Source: the human T2T-CHM13v2.0 reference genome, Homo sapiens
Direction: 5' to 3' (one strand)
Assembly (NCBI RefSeq): GCF_009914755.1
Contig: NC_060936.1
Length of the DNA stretch: 64,000 nt
Below are positions 39,117-61,165 of the stretch, one piece after another. A program made the translations under genes and the position numbers. Under the pieces are notes generated by a model that saw only the letters and a program-made list of their open reading frames with translations, was not told where the DNA came from and searched no databases. The stretch's first letter is position 1. The number at the start of each line of letters is the position of its first letter.

Positions 39117-40216
39117 CACATATGCACCATGGAATACTATGCAGCTACATGTTCTCACTTATAAGTGAGAGCTAAATAATGAGAACTTATGAACACAAAG
39201 AAGGAAATAACAGACACTGGGGTCTACTTGAAGGCGGAGGGTGGGAGGAGGGAGAGGAGCAGAAAAGATAACTATGGGGTACTGGGCTTAATACCTGGGT
39301 TACAAAATAATCTGTATAACAAGCCCCTGTGATATGAGTTTATCTAAGTAAGAAACCTTCACATGTACCCCTGAACCTAAAATAAAAAAATTTTTTAAAT
39401 ACTTTATGAAAGCTATAAGATCTGCTCCTTGTGTGTTTGTATGTCTATATGTGTCACATGTATGTGATAATATTTTGTAAATAAAACTCGTTCTTAAATT
39501 GTTACTAAAATAAAAATGGCTTTATAATTATCCGTTAAATATAATTAGATACTTGCTGGATTTAGCTGTGAGCTTATGTCTTTTGTTGAGAATTTCTGGA
39601 TTCAGGGGGTCTTGATAAGTGTCCATGATGAAGTCTGGAGACATGTTCTCAGTGTCTAGACCAGCAGCTACAAGCCAGAATCAAGCCCAATTGGCACCTT
39701 CTTTCTTTGCTTTTCCTATTTTGCCTCCTTGCTGTTTTAGGAGGGGTTGGATCCTACAGGTATAGACTTCACAGCTCTGTCTTTAGTCCTAATGGACTCA
39801 GGCAGGCCCTGATCTTCATAGTTTGCCTGGGTGCCATGTGGCTACTTGGGATCTAGAATTACTGAGGGAAGACATTAGGGATGCTACCTGTGTCATAGTT
39901 TCAAAATTCTGTTCAGTAATTTAAAACCTTAAAGTCATGTTAAATTAAGTAACAGGTAATTATAAAATGTCTTGAGTCATTTGTAAGCTAAAATAATGAA
40001 ATATTCACCATAAAAAATTAGGTCTATATACCATGACATGTTACTTGTATATGGTATAGAAAACCTAAATATCTTTAGTTCTGTTAATAAAAAATAATTT
40101 GAAGAATTATATTTCTTAAAAATTATAAAATGGTTTTTTATCTAAAAACACAAATATAAGACAGTTGAAAATTACTCTTTAGGGTTTTCACTGAAATTGG
40201 GGTTACTAAGACTTAA

Positions 40217-40862
<646 letters not shown>

Positions 40863-40910
40863 AAGATATGCTTTTAATGAGAAAACTTATAAAGGTATAA
40901 AAATGTGTTT

Positions 40911-41225
<315 letters not shown>

Positions 41226-41954
41226 TTACTTAAAGGTTTCAAATTGAAGAAGTAAAAAATAGATAAAACTAGATAAATATAGAAAGTTGGGGGAAAATGC
41301 AAGGCATAGATTCACAAAAATCTGGGATGAAAAGATGACACATTTGATACATTTATTTATGAAGTTTTATTAAATTAACTTCAGAGGCCAGTCGCAGTGG
41401 CTCACGCCTGTAAATAAAATTTTCTTGTCAATTGTGTCTAACTATGACAATTTAAAGTCATGTCCAGTGTAAATTGCTTAATTCTGAGTTAATTTCTAAA
41501 AATTTACAAGCTTGCAAAATCCTAGAATATTGTATCTTTAAGGAGTTTCATGAAAGGATGGAAAATGTCCTGAGAAGCACTCTTGAATACAGATTTTTGA
41601 GAACTTTAGAATCATTATCATTCGAACTAGGTAAGAATTCCCAGAACTTTAATGCAGAGACTGACTGTTTTATAAAACTGCTAACCCAAGCAGAATAAAA
41701 ATCAATTGAATACCAAGAAAATACTTTGCCAGATTTTCCTGCCAAGTCAGCCAGCACTAAAATTGTCTAAAGTATTTGAATGAACTCCATAGTCCAAGTC
41801 AAATTATCTATGATAATCCCTGATTAGTCAGTGCTATGCACCTAAGTTGAAGAAACAGTCCAATGTTAAGCATGGAGAACCAGAATATCTTCCTGGTCCT
41901 TCCTGAGTTCTGAAAGCTTTTCTTATTAAAAGTTCTGCATTCTGATTCTTGGGT

Positions 41955-43502
41955 GTGAGGGTAAAGCAAGGTGGCAGAAAGAAGGCGCCAACAATCATCC
42001 ATCCTGCAAGGGCACCAGATGAACAACTATTAATATCTACATAGAAAATACATTCATAAGAACCAAAAATCAGGTGAGTACTCAAAGTACCTGGTTTTAA
42101 CTTCATATCACTGAAAGAGGCACTGAAGAGAGAGAAAAAAACAGTGCTGAATCACTGGTGCCAGAATTTCCTCACCCCTGGCAGTGATGGCGTGGTGTAG
42201 AGATCAACTCTGGGTTCTGCAGGAGGGAGAACACAGCAATTGTGAGGCAAAGAACCCAGTGCTGTCCTGTTAGAGCAGAAAGGAAAACCAGACCAAAAGC
42301 TGTTAATGCCCATCCACAGAGAGATCATTTAAAGCAGCACTAGCCAGAGGGGAATCAGACTCCAGTGGTTGGAACTTGAGTGTTTGGAAACCTGGCAACT
42401 GAGGGTTCCAGCACTCTTTGTATCTAAGAAACCTTGAAAGACAGCCTAGGCCATCAGGACTGCAACTCTCAGGTGAGGCCTAGGGCTGAACTAGGCCCAG
42501 GAACAGTGGGCTGGGGTGGAGAGGGCATGCAACATACTGAGACACCAGCTGGGGCAGCCAAAGGAGTTCTGGCATTATCACTCCCCTAATACCAGGCTGC
42601 ACATCTCATGGCTCCAAAAGGGACCCCATCCTTCTGCTTGAGGAGAGGAAGGAAAAGAGTAGAGAGGACTGGATACCAGCTCAGCCACAGCAAGATAGCA
42701 CACTAGTCAGAGTTCTGAGGCCTCCTTTCCAGGCTCTGGCTCCTGTCTAGACATTCCTAGACATACCCTGGCCAAAAAGAAACCTGCTGCCTTGAAGGAA
42801 AGAACCCAGTGCTGGCAGCATTTACCACCTGCAAACTTAACAACCTTTGGGCCCTGAATAACCAGGAGCCATAGCCAGATACTACATCAAGGGCTTTGGG
42901 TGAGCCTCATAGTCTTGCTAGATTTAGGTGAGACTCAGCACATTACAAGCTGTGATGGCTAAAGGGCAAAACTCCTTTTGCTTGGGAAAAGCAGAGGGAA
43001 AAAGTAAAGGGGACTTTGTCTTGCCACTTAGGTACCAGCAAGGCCAGAGGTGGGTAGAACACCAAGCAAGCTTTTGGAATCCCTGATTCTAGGACTTGAT
43101 TCTTGGTTGGCATGTATGGACCTGCCCAGGGCCAGTGAGGAGCCCATTGCCCTGAAAACTGCAAGTCCCAGGCCAGGCAGCATTCATCACAAGCTGACAA
43201 GAGGCTTTGGGCCTTAAGGGAACATTGGTGGTAGCCTGGCAGTACTCCTTGTGTCCTGGAGTCCTGGTGGCTACTGTGCCTTTGGAAAAGGAAAGAAGGA
43301 ATAGGAAGGACTGTGTCTTGTGATTTCAATGCCAACTCAGCTGCAATGCAATAGAATGTCTGGTTTACTTCTAAAATGTTTGACTCTACTCCCTGACTTC
43401 TGAATGGCACTTCTGGACCCAGCCAGGGACTGAGAGAACTCACTGCCCTGAAGGAAAGAACATAGACATGGCTGGCTAATTGTAGAGACCAAAGGCCTTG
43501 AG
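41955..43502 (+). mobile_element. L1MA-type 5' UTR, truncated at the 5S junction
   Basis: Homologous in inverted orientation to 25200-26700 (LIPGTVSAHLIFG vs LKPGTLSTHLIFG); ends abruptly at the 5S sequence. Confidence 0.75.
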
Positions 43503-43555
43503 TGGTTAGTACTTGAATGGGAGGATCTCTGGGAATGCCGGGTGCTGTAGGCTTT
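43503..43555 (+). pseudogene. 5S rRNA pseudogene, 3' half only (~nt 69-121)
   Basis: tggttagtacttgaatgggaggatctctgggaatgccgggtgctgtaggcttt followed by 5S-array spacer. Confidence 0.9.
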
Positions 43556-45300
43556 TGCCTTCCCCCTCCCTCCCTCTTTCCCCCTTTTGTCGTGCTTCAC
43601 AACCTTCCCCTGACTCTGCTCCCACTTTTCCCCTCGCCTGCGGCCCCACAGCAGCCTGGGACCTCCTCGTGGGGGTGCACCACTGCAGCACCGCCAGGCA
43701 ACAGCATCCCACCTCTTCTGCCTTGCTGCAGCCCCACCAGGAGCCTGGCTCCAGCTGGGGCGGGGTGGTATATGTTCCCTGAGGTGCCTGGTGTCTTCAC
43801 GCTCCCGGGATGCCCAGGCAATTCAGTTTACTCATCCGGCGCCACACAACAGTTCAAGCCCAGGACAAGTGGCGGCCAGGGGCAGAGGGTCCCACAAATG
43901 CCAGCCAAAACCTCTGCTCCAGGACCTATGGGCTTCTTTCCCCAGGGGAAGGACATTGCCATTGCCAGTCACGAGGAAATCCGTCCCTGTGCACCCGGAT
44001 TCCCATTGCCACCGACTTCGAGTAAACTCCAGTCCCGAGGACACGAGAGACACCCAGGCCTCAGGCCCCATGGGCACGCTCCACGCCACGGCTCCTACCA
44101 GAGGGACAGATACACTCTACAAATCTCGGGGCCCACCACACCAAGAAGACACGGAGGAGCCAACAAAAGAAGGACCATACGAAATGCACCCCCAAAGCAA
44201 CCAACCAATCCAAGAAAAAATACGTCTCAGGGTTCTGTTGGCCCTCTTGCATGGGCTGCCCTGCCCCCCTGTTCTGGCCTGGCTCAAGCACCTTACCCCA
44301 GCCTGCTCGAAAGAGCCCTGTCTACCAGAGCAGAGCACTGGCCTTTCTCAGGCTCTATTGCTCTGGCTCTCTAGCTCTCTCACCCCTGTATTTCTCTTCT
44401 TCCCCCTCCATCTCGTGCTCTTTCTGTCTCTGTCTCTGTCTCTCTCTCTATTGCTGTTTGTCTCTCTCCATCCCTCTTTCCCTTGCTCTCCTTCAAGCTG
44501 TCTGTATCTTTGTGTGTGTGGTGTCTGTGTGCCCGCACGCGTGCACCCATGTGTGTCTGTGGGGGTGGGGTGGTTTTGCACGTGGTAGTGGTGGGGTGTG
44601 TCTGGCTGACAGTCAGCCTCTCTCTCCTGGGATTAGGCTGCCGGTTCTAGTGGCAGGGCGGGGCAAAGCAACACCCCCCTGCCCCCCGCCCCACTCACTT
44701 GGCCACGGGCCATGTCCTTGTCGGGACAAGCTACCCTTTAGGGACATTGTGAGAGAAAAGGCCCGCAGGCGTAGGCCGGCTGTTCCCCCCTGGGCAGCCC
44801 TGGCAGCTCTGGGTGGGTGGGGCAAGAGGGGGCCTTGCAGGAGGGGCAGCTAGGAACCAAAACAATCCCTCCAAGGCCAGGAGGAGGACAGGAGGGGATC
44901 CCAGGACCATGGGCCCAGGACCCTCACGCCTGGGAGCACAACCCGTCCTGAGTGGGTCCGATGTGGTGGAGGCTTGGGAGCTCAGGAGACTGGGGAAGGA
45001 CTGGAGCGTCGGAGGAAAGGGGGCCTCCCGGAAAGCTCAAAGTCTGAGCAGGGGATGGAAAACTCTGGCGTCCCCACTCAACAGCAGGGCGGTGCTGCGG
45101 CGATCCAGTGCACGCCCTTGCCGCCGGCGATGGCGGGAGGCTCTTGGAGGCCGGAAAGCGCAGCGCAGCGGCCCACAGTGCTCCGGCGTGGAGGGGGAGA
45201 GCAGCCCGGCAGGGGGCGAGTGGCTGAGGGGTCCCTGATCCGAGCCCCGCGGCCTCCGAGTGGGGATGAAGCCTGGAGTCAGGCAGGCGTGGCTGGGCCA

Positions 45301-45312
45301 GGCTCTTGTGTC
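45301..45312 (+). promoter_or_regulatory. 5S D-box (upstream Pol III element), degenerate
   Basis: GGCTCTTGTGTC at -32 to -21 vs the human D-box GGCTCTTGGGGC. Confidence 0.75.
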
Positions 45313-45332
45313 ATCCAGGCATCACTGCCGGT

Positions 45333-45453
45333 GTCTATGGCCATACCACCCTGAAGGCGCCTGATCTTCTCTGGTCTGTGAAACTAAGCAGGGTGGGGCC
45401 TGGTTAGTACTTGGAAGGGAGACTGACTGGGAATACCGGGTGCTGTAGGCTTT
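45333..45453 (+). rRNA. RNA5SP357: Full-length 5S rRNA pseudogene (probably RNA5SP357)
   Basis: 121 nt from gtctatggccataccaccctgaa to gctgtaggcttt with a T4 terminator; about a dozen substitutions vs human 5S, several at CpGs and in the internal control region; symbol inferred from locus order. Confidence 0.9.
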
Positions 45454-48048
45454 TGGCTTCCCGCTCCCTACCTCTTTCCCTTTTTTGTCGCCCTGCTTCC
45501 CAACCACCCCCTGACTCTGCTACCCCTTTTCCACCTGCCTGCGCCCCCACCACAGCTGGAGACTTCCTCCTGGGGCTCCGCCACTGCAGCACCGCCAGGC
45601 AGCAGCATCCTACCTCTTCTACCTCACTGCAGCTCCACCAGATCCCCCACTCTAGCCAGAGCAGGGCGGGCCAGGACCAGACCCAGAAGGCGCAGGCCCA
45701 GGTTCCCTGCCATCCTGGTTGCCTTCCTGCTCCACGAATGCCCAGGCAATTCAATTCACTCATCTGGTGCCACCACAAACATCCAAGCCTGGGGAAGGGG
45801 CGGGCAGGGGCAGAGGGTCCCACAGACACCAGCCAAGACCTCCTCCAGAATGCATGGGCTGCATTTTCCAGGGAAGGACATTGCCTTCACCAGCTGTGAG
45901 GAAAACGTCCCTGTGCACCCGGATTCCCATTGCCATGGACTTCATGTAAACTCCAATCCCGAGGACATGAGAGAGACCCAGGCCTCAGGCACCATTGGCA
46001 CGCTTGGCGCCATGGCTCCCGCCAGAAGGACTGGTGCATTCTACAACTCTCGGGGCCCACTGCACCAAGAGGACAGAGAGGAGCCAACAAACGAGGACCC
46101 TACGAAAACACCCCCAAAGCAACCAACAAATCCAAGAAAAAACATGTCTCAGGGCTCCGTTGATCCTCCCACATGGGCGGCCTTGAACCCCTGTTCTGGC
46201 CCGGCCCAAGAAAACTCCACACTACCTTGGTCTGCCCAAAGGGGCCCTGTCTACCAGAGCAGAGCGCTCCCACTCAAAGGCTCTCTCGCTCTCTAGCTCC
46301 CTGACCAGCTCTCTCTTATTCTCCTTCCACCTTGTGCTCTTTCTGTTGCCTTCTCTCTCTCTCCCCTCCCTGCTCTCTATTGCTGTTTCTTTCTCTCCCT
46401 ACGTTTCTATGTCTCCATCCCTCTCTCCTTTGCTCTCCTTCAAGATGTCTGTGTCTTTGTGTGTCTCTCTCTGTGTGTGTGTGTGTGCCTGCACCCGTCG
46501 GCCCATGTGTGTCTGTGTGTAGGGGGTGGGTTTGCTCGTGGTGATGGTGGGATGTGTCTGGATGTCCATCAGTCTATTTTTCCTGGGGTCAGGCTGCCCA
46601 CTCTATTGCCAGAGAGTGGGTGTTGCAGTTGCCATGATAGCCTCCACATGCAGTTGTGTGGATCTCGTTAATTTTCATGTAGAAAATGAGAGCGAAGCCA
46701 CACAGAAAACAAACTACCGTGCATCATGGCCTGACAATGGATTCTTTCCTGCAACATGGGGAGCCTCCAATCAGTATGGCCTGTTTGGAGACTGGAAAAC
46801 ACTGCATCTAGACGACACTGGTTTTCCATGCTTCCCTGGAAGTGTCTAAATCCCCACAGAGCTCAGGAAACAAAGAGTCAGCATGATGACGATTTCAGAG
46901 GCCAGAGAGAAGTGAGCAACAGACACATTTGCAGAGGGCAAAGAAATGTGTAATCCAAAAATCACACTTCAGTCTCCCTGTGACTCTGTGTGCATGGGGG
47001 CATCCACGTCCCACTCTGTTGCATGGCTCAATGTGGGGATATGTCATCTGTGAACCATGGGGTTGAATAACGGACTACCACCCGAGTCTCAGCTCATTGC
47101 TCTTTGGGTAAGTAGCTCATTCCTTGGAAGACGGAATTCCTCTGAATTGCTCCAGGATGAAGAAACCCAGGCTGGCTATCTGGAGGGCCTCACTGGCGGA
47201 CGTGGCTGTGGTCCCAGCCATCAGCCCACAGTGGGCGCCAAACATATTCGCAAAGTGTGGGATCCTGTTGGTCCTGGAGGCAGAAGAACGCTTTTCTCTC
47301 TGCCTTCCTTTCTCTGTTTCTTGGTCCTTTTCTCCCTTTGTCCCTCCTTCCCTCTATCCATCCCTCCCTCCCTCTGTTCTTCCCACCCTCCCTCCAAGTT
47401 GCTCTGGTTCATCCGTTTTTTCCTCCGTCCATCCGTTCTATCTTCCTTCCGTCCATCCGTTCCATCTTCCCTCGGTCTCTCCCTCCCTCTCTGTCTCCCT
47501 TCCTTTCCCCATTCATGCCTGCCAACACTCCTGCCTGGAAAGAACAGCAACCTGGTTTGTGAAAGATCTCAGGGTCTACATTTAGTTGGAGTTGCCCAAT
47601 GGTGAAGTCTAGGAGGCTGGTGGGGCAACGGTGGACGAAAGACGGTGGAGCCGGGAGGCAGAGGAGGCAAGACGCAGAAAAGAGAGCAGGTCTCGCCGCA
47701 GCCACGGCTGGTGTTTCATGGGTAGAAGGTCTCCACCCACACCACTAAAGAACGCCTGGACAAATAGGAATGTGACCTCTGCCTGGTCTAGTCCCAAAGC
47801 CTGGCCTGCGGACCCTCACATATGAAGGAGACCGCCCACCACCTGGTACCTGGGAGGACTCTGAAATCCTTGGAATACTCAGGAAAGAATGACACCCCTC
47901 ATCTGTATGTAGTCTCTCGAGGAACCAAGAACTCAGGGATCCTAGACAAGCCAGCCTGAAAAGAAGACACGCCTCTCCATACCAAGCCAGATATTCACTG
48001 CGAAAGTGAGGACACCAACCTGACCCCAATCCACCCAAACCCCGGGTC

Positions 48049-49311
<1,263 letters not shown>

Positions 49312-49439
49312 CGTGGTGAGACCTGGCCAGAATTTCCTGGACAGACACCAGCAGAGAGAGGCCGGCAGGCTCCCGTGCACCTCAGTCGGCCTCTGCACTG
49401 CATGCAGGTCCAGCCAAGAGGCCAGCCCTGCCAGCGGCT

Positions 49440-49666
49440 CTTATAAAGACCCACAGGCTGTTGCTCCCTCTCTCACAATGTGACACACTGGCTCCTCTTT
49501 GCCTTCTGTCATGAGTGGAAGCAGCCTGAGGCTTCTGTCCACAGCAGATGCTGGCACCATGCTTCTTGTACAGCCTGTAGAACTGTGAGTCAAATAAACC
49601 TCTTTTCTTTATAAGTTTAAAAAAAAAAAGACCCACAGGTTCCACCCCTTCATGAATGCGAGTGAG
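49440..49666 (-). promoter_or_regulatory. DUX promoter (TATAA box ~49441-49445; GC box/DBE-like element 49638-49666) split by an insertion
   Basis: Minus strand reads CTCACTCGCATTCATGAAGGGGTGGAACC, then the insert, then GGTCTTTATAAGAGCC; homologous to the DUX4 DBE/GC box and TACAA box. Confidence 0.75.
49458..49629 (+). mobile_element. Polyadenylated MST (MaLR) LTR 3' fragment inserted by L1-type TPRT
   Basis: MST LTR sequence to AATAAA (49593-49598), then A11 (49619-49629); 13-bp TSD aaagacccacagg at 49445-49457 and 49627-49639. Confidence 0.85.
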
Positions 49667-50799
49667 CTCCAGGGTAGCAGGAGCTTCGGGGTAGCAGCCC
49701 TTCCGAAGCTGGAAACCACAGGGACCAGGGCACTGTGGTGTGGGTGGGTGTGGGGCCAGAGCCGAGAAAGAAGTGGGACTTCGGGGGCTGGCTCTCTGGG
49801 GTTCTCCAGGAATTCTATGGAAACTGGAAGCCGCTCTCTGGGCTTGCATGTGTCTTCAGGGAGAAACATCCCTGGAAGGGTGGAGTGTGGAACAGAACCT
49901 CCACGACAGTCTTGAGTTTTTCAGGTCCTCTCTCTGTGAAGGGGGCAATGCCTGTGGGTGTCGCCGTTGCTGTGATACCCTCACAGATGCAGGTATGTGG
50001 ATCTTGTTCATTTTCATGTAGAAAACGAGAGCGAAACCACAGAGAAAAGAAACGTCCCCAGCATGACGGCCCCACGAAGGATTCCTGTTTCCTGCAACAT
50101 GGGGAGTCTCCAATATGGCCGTTTTGGAAACTGGAAAGCAGAGCACCAACACGATGCTGGTCTTCCACGCTTCTCTGGAAGTTTTTGTGTCCTCGCAGAG
50201 CTCGGGAAGCAAACAGACAACATGATCACGCTTTCGGGGGCCGGAGAAAGGTGAGCAACCGTCCCCCTTGCAGAGGGCAAAGAAACGTGGAATCCGAAAT
50301 CACGCTTCAGTCGTCCTGAGTGACTCCTGTGTGGATGGGACTATCCTCCTCGTGCTCCGTTGCAGTACTCAGTGTGGGGATGTGTAGTCTGTAAACCATG
50401 TGGGTGAAAAACGGGCTGCTACCTGAGTCTTGGCTCTTTGGTCTTGGAAGAAATCGCCCATTCCTTGGGCGATGGAATTCATACGAATCGCTCCGCGATG
50501 AAGTAACCCAGTCTGGCGATCCGGAGAGCCAGTGAGTGCCCTGCCGGCCCAGCCCTTAACTCCCACTGGGCGCTTAACATTTTCCAGGAGCCCGGGGGTC
50601 CTGTTGCTCCTGGAGGCAGAAGACTGCTTTTTCTCTCTGCTTTCCTCCCTCTGTCCCTTGCTCCCTCCCTCTCTCTCAGTGTTCCTCCGTCTCCCTGTCT
50701 GTCCCTCACTTCCTGTCTCTGTCCCTCCCTACCACCCTAACAACGTCTATCACTCCGTCCCTGCGTGTCTCCATTCCTCTCTCCATCTCTGCCTGTCCT

Positions 50800-51612
50800 C
50801 CCCCGTGGGCGAGACATGCACCCTGGGTGCAAGCCAGGGACTCCACGACCCACCTGGGTCCGGGGCAGAGGCTGCTGGGAAGGCACTGTTCTCCGTGGGA
50901 ATTTTTTCCCCGGATTGCCTCAACGTCCCCTTTGGAGTCTGGCGTCCTGTTCCCTTCCACTGGGGGACTTCTTGCCGCTTTGGGGTGTCCCCCATGGGCT
51001 AGACATGCACCCTGGGTGCAAGCCAGGGACTCCACGACACCCCCGGGCCCAGCGCAGGGGCTGCCGGAAGGCACTGTCCTCCATGGAAGGACCCCAGCCT
51101 CGCTGCTTTTATCCGGTGCTGCTCACCCCCCCAGTCTCGGCGCAGAGGCTGCCGGGAAGGCACTGTGGTCCGTGGGAGTACCCCGGCCCACCGCTTTTTC
51201 CCCTTGCAGCCTCAATGTCCCCTTTCAAGCCTGGCGTCATGTTTCCTTCCCCCGGAGGCCTTCTTGACGCTTTGGGGTGCCCCCCGTGGGCGTGACACGC
51301 ACCCTGGGAGGAAGCCAGGGACTGCACGACACTCCCAGGCCCAGCGCAGGCGCTGCCGGGAAGGCACTGTCGTCCGTGGGAGGACTCCGGCCGGCCGCGT
51401 TTTGCCCCATGCCGCCTCAAGGTCTTCTTTCAAACCTGGCATCCTGTTCCCTTCTCACAAAGGCCTTCTTGCCGCTTTGGGGTGCCCCGCGTGGGCGCGA
51501 CACGCACCCTGGGAGGAAGCCAGCGACTCCACGACCCTCTTGGGCCCGGCGGAGATGCTGCCGGGAAGGCACTGTCGTCTGTGGGAGGACTCCGGCCGGC
51601 CACGTTTTTCCC
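50800..51612. repeat. GC-rich tandem repeat, ~190-205 bp units, about 4 copies plus a partial (possibly ACRO1-like)
   Basis: ggaaggcactgt recurs at ~50878, 51066, 51155, 51359 and 51564; caccctggg..aagccag recurs likewise; family assignment tentative. Confidence 0.7.
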
Positions 51613-51661
51613 CGAGATCTCACCACTGCACTCCAGCCTGGGCAACAGAGGAAGACTGTCT

Positions 51662-51692
<31 letters not shown>
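51611..51692 (+). mobile_element. Alu 3' terminal fragment with long poly(A)
   Basis: ccgagatctcaccactgcactccagcctgggcaacagag... then about 30 A. Confidence 0.9.
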
Positions 51693-51695
<3 letters not shown>

Positions 51696-51905
51696 AATCG
51701 CTTCCATCTTTAGATGTCTTTTACACTTTAGAAGGTATATAAGCTCTATAAACCTTTGTAATTTTGAGTCAGTCTGGCGACATTTTTAGGCCTTCTCTCT
51801 GTAAGTGATCACAGAAATAAAAACTGCCTCCTTTTTTAGTTCATCTGCATCTCGTTATCAGGCCGCGAGAATAAGCAGCCCGACCTTCAGTTTGGTCCGG
51901 GAACA
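51693..51905 (+). mobile_element. 3' part of an ERV1 LTR (LTR6/LTR71-like)
   Basis: tatataa, aataaaa and a terminal 'gcagcccgaccttcagtttggtccgggaaca'. Confidence 0.6.
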
Positions 51906-58200
<6,295 letters not shown>

Positions 58201-58229
58201 CAATTGGAGAGGAAGAAACGACGTAGTGA

Positions 58230-58475
58230 GAGAACGACATCTAGTGGATGCAGGTGGTAGTGCTGCTGACCAGAGAGATCTGTTCTACCTTAGAAATCCC
58301 AAGTTAACCATCAAAGCCAGCGCTCGCCGCCGACATTTGGTGGACCCGGCGCTCGCGGACGGAAGCGATCAGACCCAGTTGGAACCTTATCACACCGAGC
58401 CTGCCCACCTTTGCGGCCATCTAACTCCGCCGACCTGCCCGCCGTTCCGCCACCGTCGGCTGGTTGACCCGGGCT
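58230..58475 (-). terminator. Degenerate Pol I terminator (Sal box, TTF-I) elements
   Basis: CTGGTTGACCC at 58460-58470 (one mismatch from the reverse complement of GGGTCGACCAG); further degenerate copies at ~58338 and ~58241; located downstream of the 28S end. Confidence 0.6.
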
Positions 58476-58479
58476 GCGG

Positions 58480-59006
58480 AGAGAGGAGGAAAGACAGAAA
58501 GGCAGTGACTGGCTCCTGTCCCATTCCCGCGCGCCTGGCGCGGGTAGAGGGGCCGTGACCCCAGTGGCCACCACTGGGCATGCGTGAACACTACTCGGAC
58601 AGGAACCACAGGGGCACACCCTCTGACACCCACGCCTCAGCCATTCTCACCAGGCCCGATAAATCCGATCCCAGCCCCTGAAGGAGGTCAAAGCGGGGTG
58701 CAGGAAGGAGGCGGAATTGGAGAGGGAACGACGAGCATGGGCGACACCCCTACCTCGGCAAACCCCAGCACAGCACCTTGGAAAGCCCGCAGATGGGGAC
58801 GGGCGCCTCCCGAAGACACAGCGGGCACCAGTGGTCTCTCGGGAGGGACACCTGCTGCGTGCTTCGGGGCTCCGGGTCCGGTGGGCATGAGCGGGCGAGG
58901 AAACTAGGTTCCGGGTATAACAGGAGAAAGGAAGGAAGGTAGACGTCAAGGGCTGAATTACACAGGACACGCCACATCACCAGGTCCCCCGCGCACGGGT
59001 GCAGGG
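58480..59006 (-). other. 45S rDNA 3' ETS / proximal IGS remnant
   Basis: GC-rich sequence contiguous with the 28S 3' end, with ETS-like motifs (gggaacgacgag, gaaggaaggaagg). Confidence 0.6.

Positions 59007-61165
<2,159 letters not shown>

Larger units (their letters stand above)
34252..39390 (+). mobile_element. 5'-truncated L1 (L1PA12-16-like), ORF2 and 3' UTR, with nested insertions
   Basis: ORF2 remnants ([20 protein letters not shown]; [30 protein letters not shown]); resumes after 38085 and after 39117; 3' end cctgaacctaaaataaaa. Confidence 0.9.
43503..46598 (+). repeat. About 1.5 genomic 5S rDNA tandem-repeat units (period 1,898 bp)
   Basis: Spacer after the first 5S (43556-44645) recurs after the second (45454-46598), including CT- and GT-rich tracts; ctgtaggctttt at 43545 and 45443. 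Confidence 0.85.

Noticed and set aside
43517-45899. Long ORFs of 285, 265, 200 and 162 aa
   Set aside because: They lie in GC-rich 5S spacer and low-complexity tracts, overlap in several frames, and show no recognisable protein motif
50800-51612. CRISPR-like repeat-spacer array
   Set aside because: The whole ~200-bp unit repeats, there are no unique spacers or cas genes, and the DNA is primate
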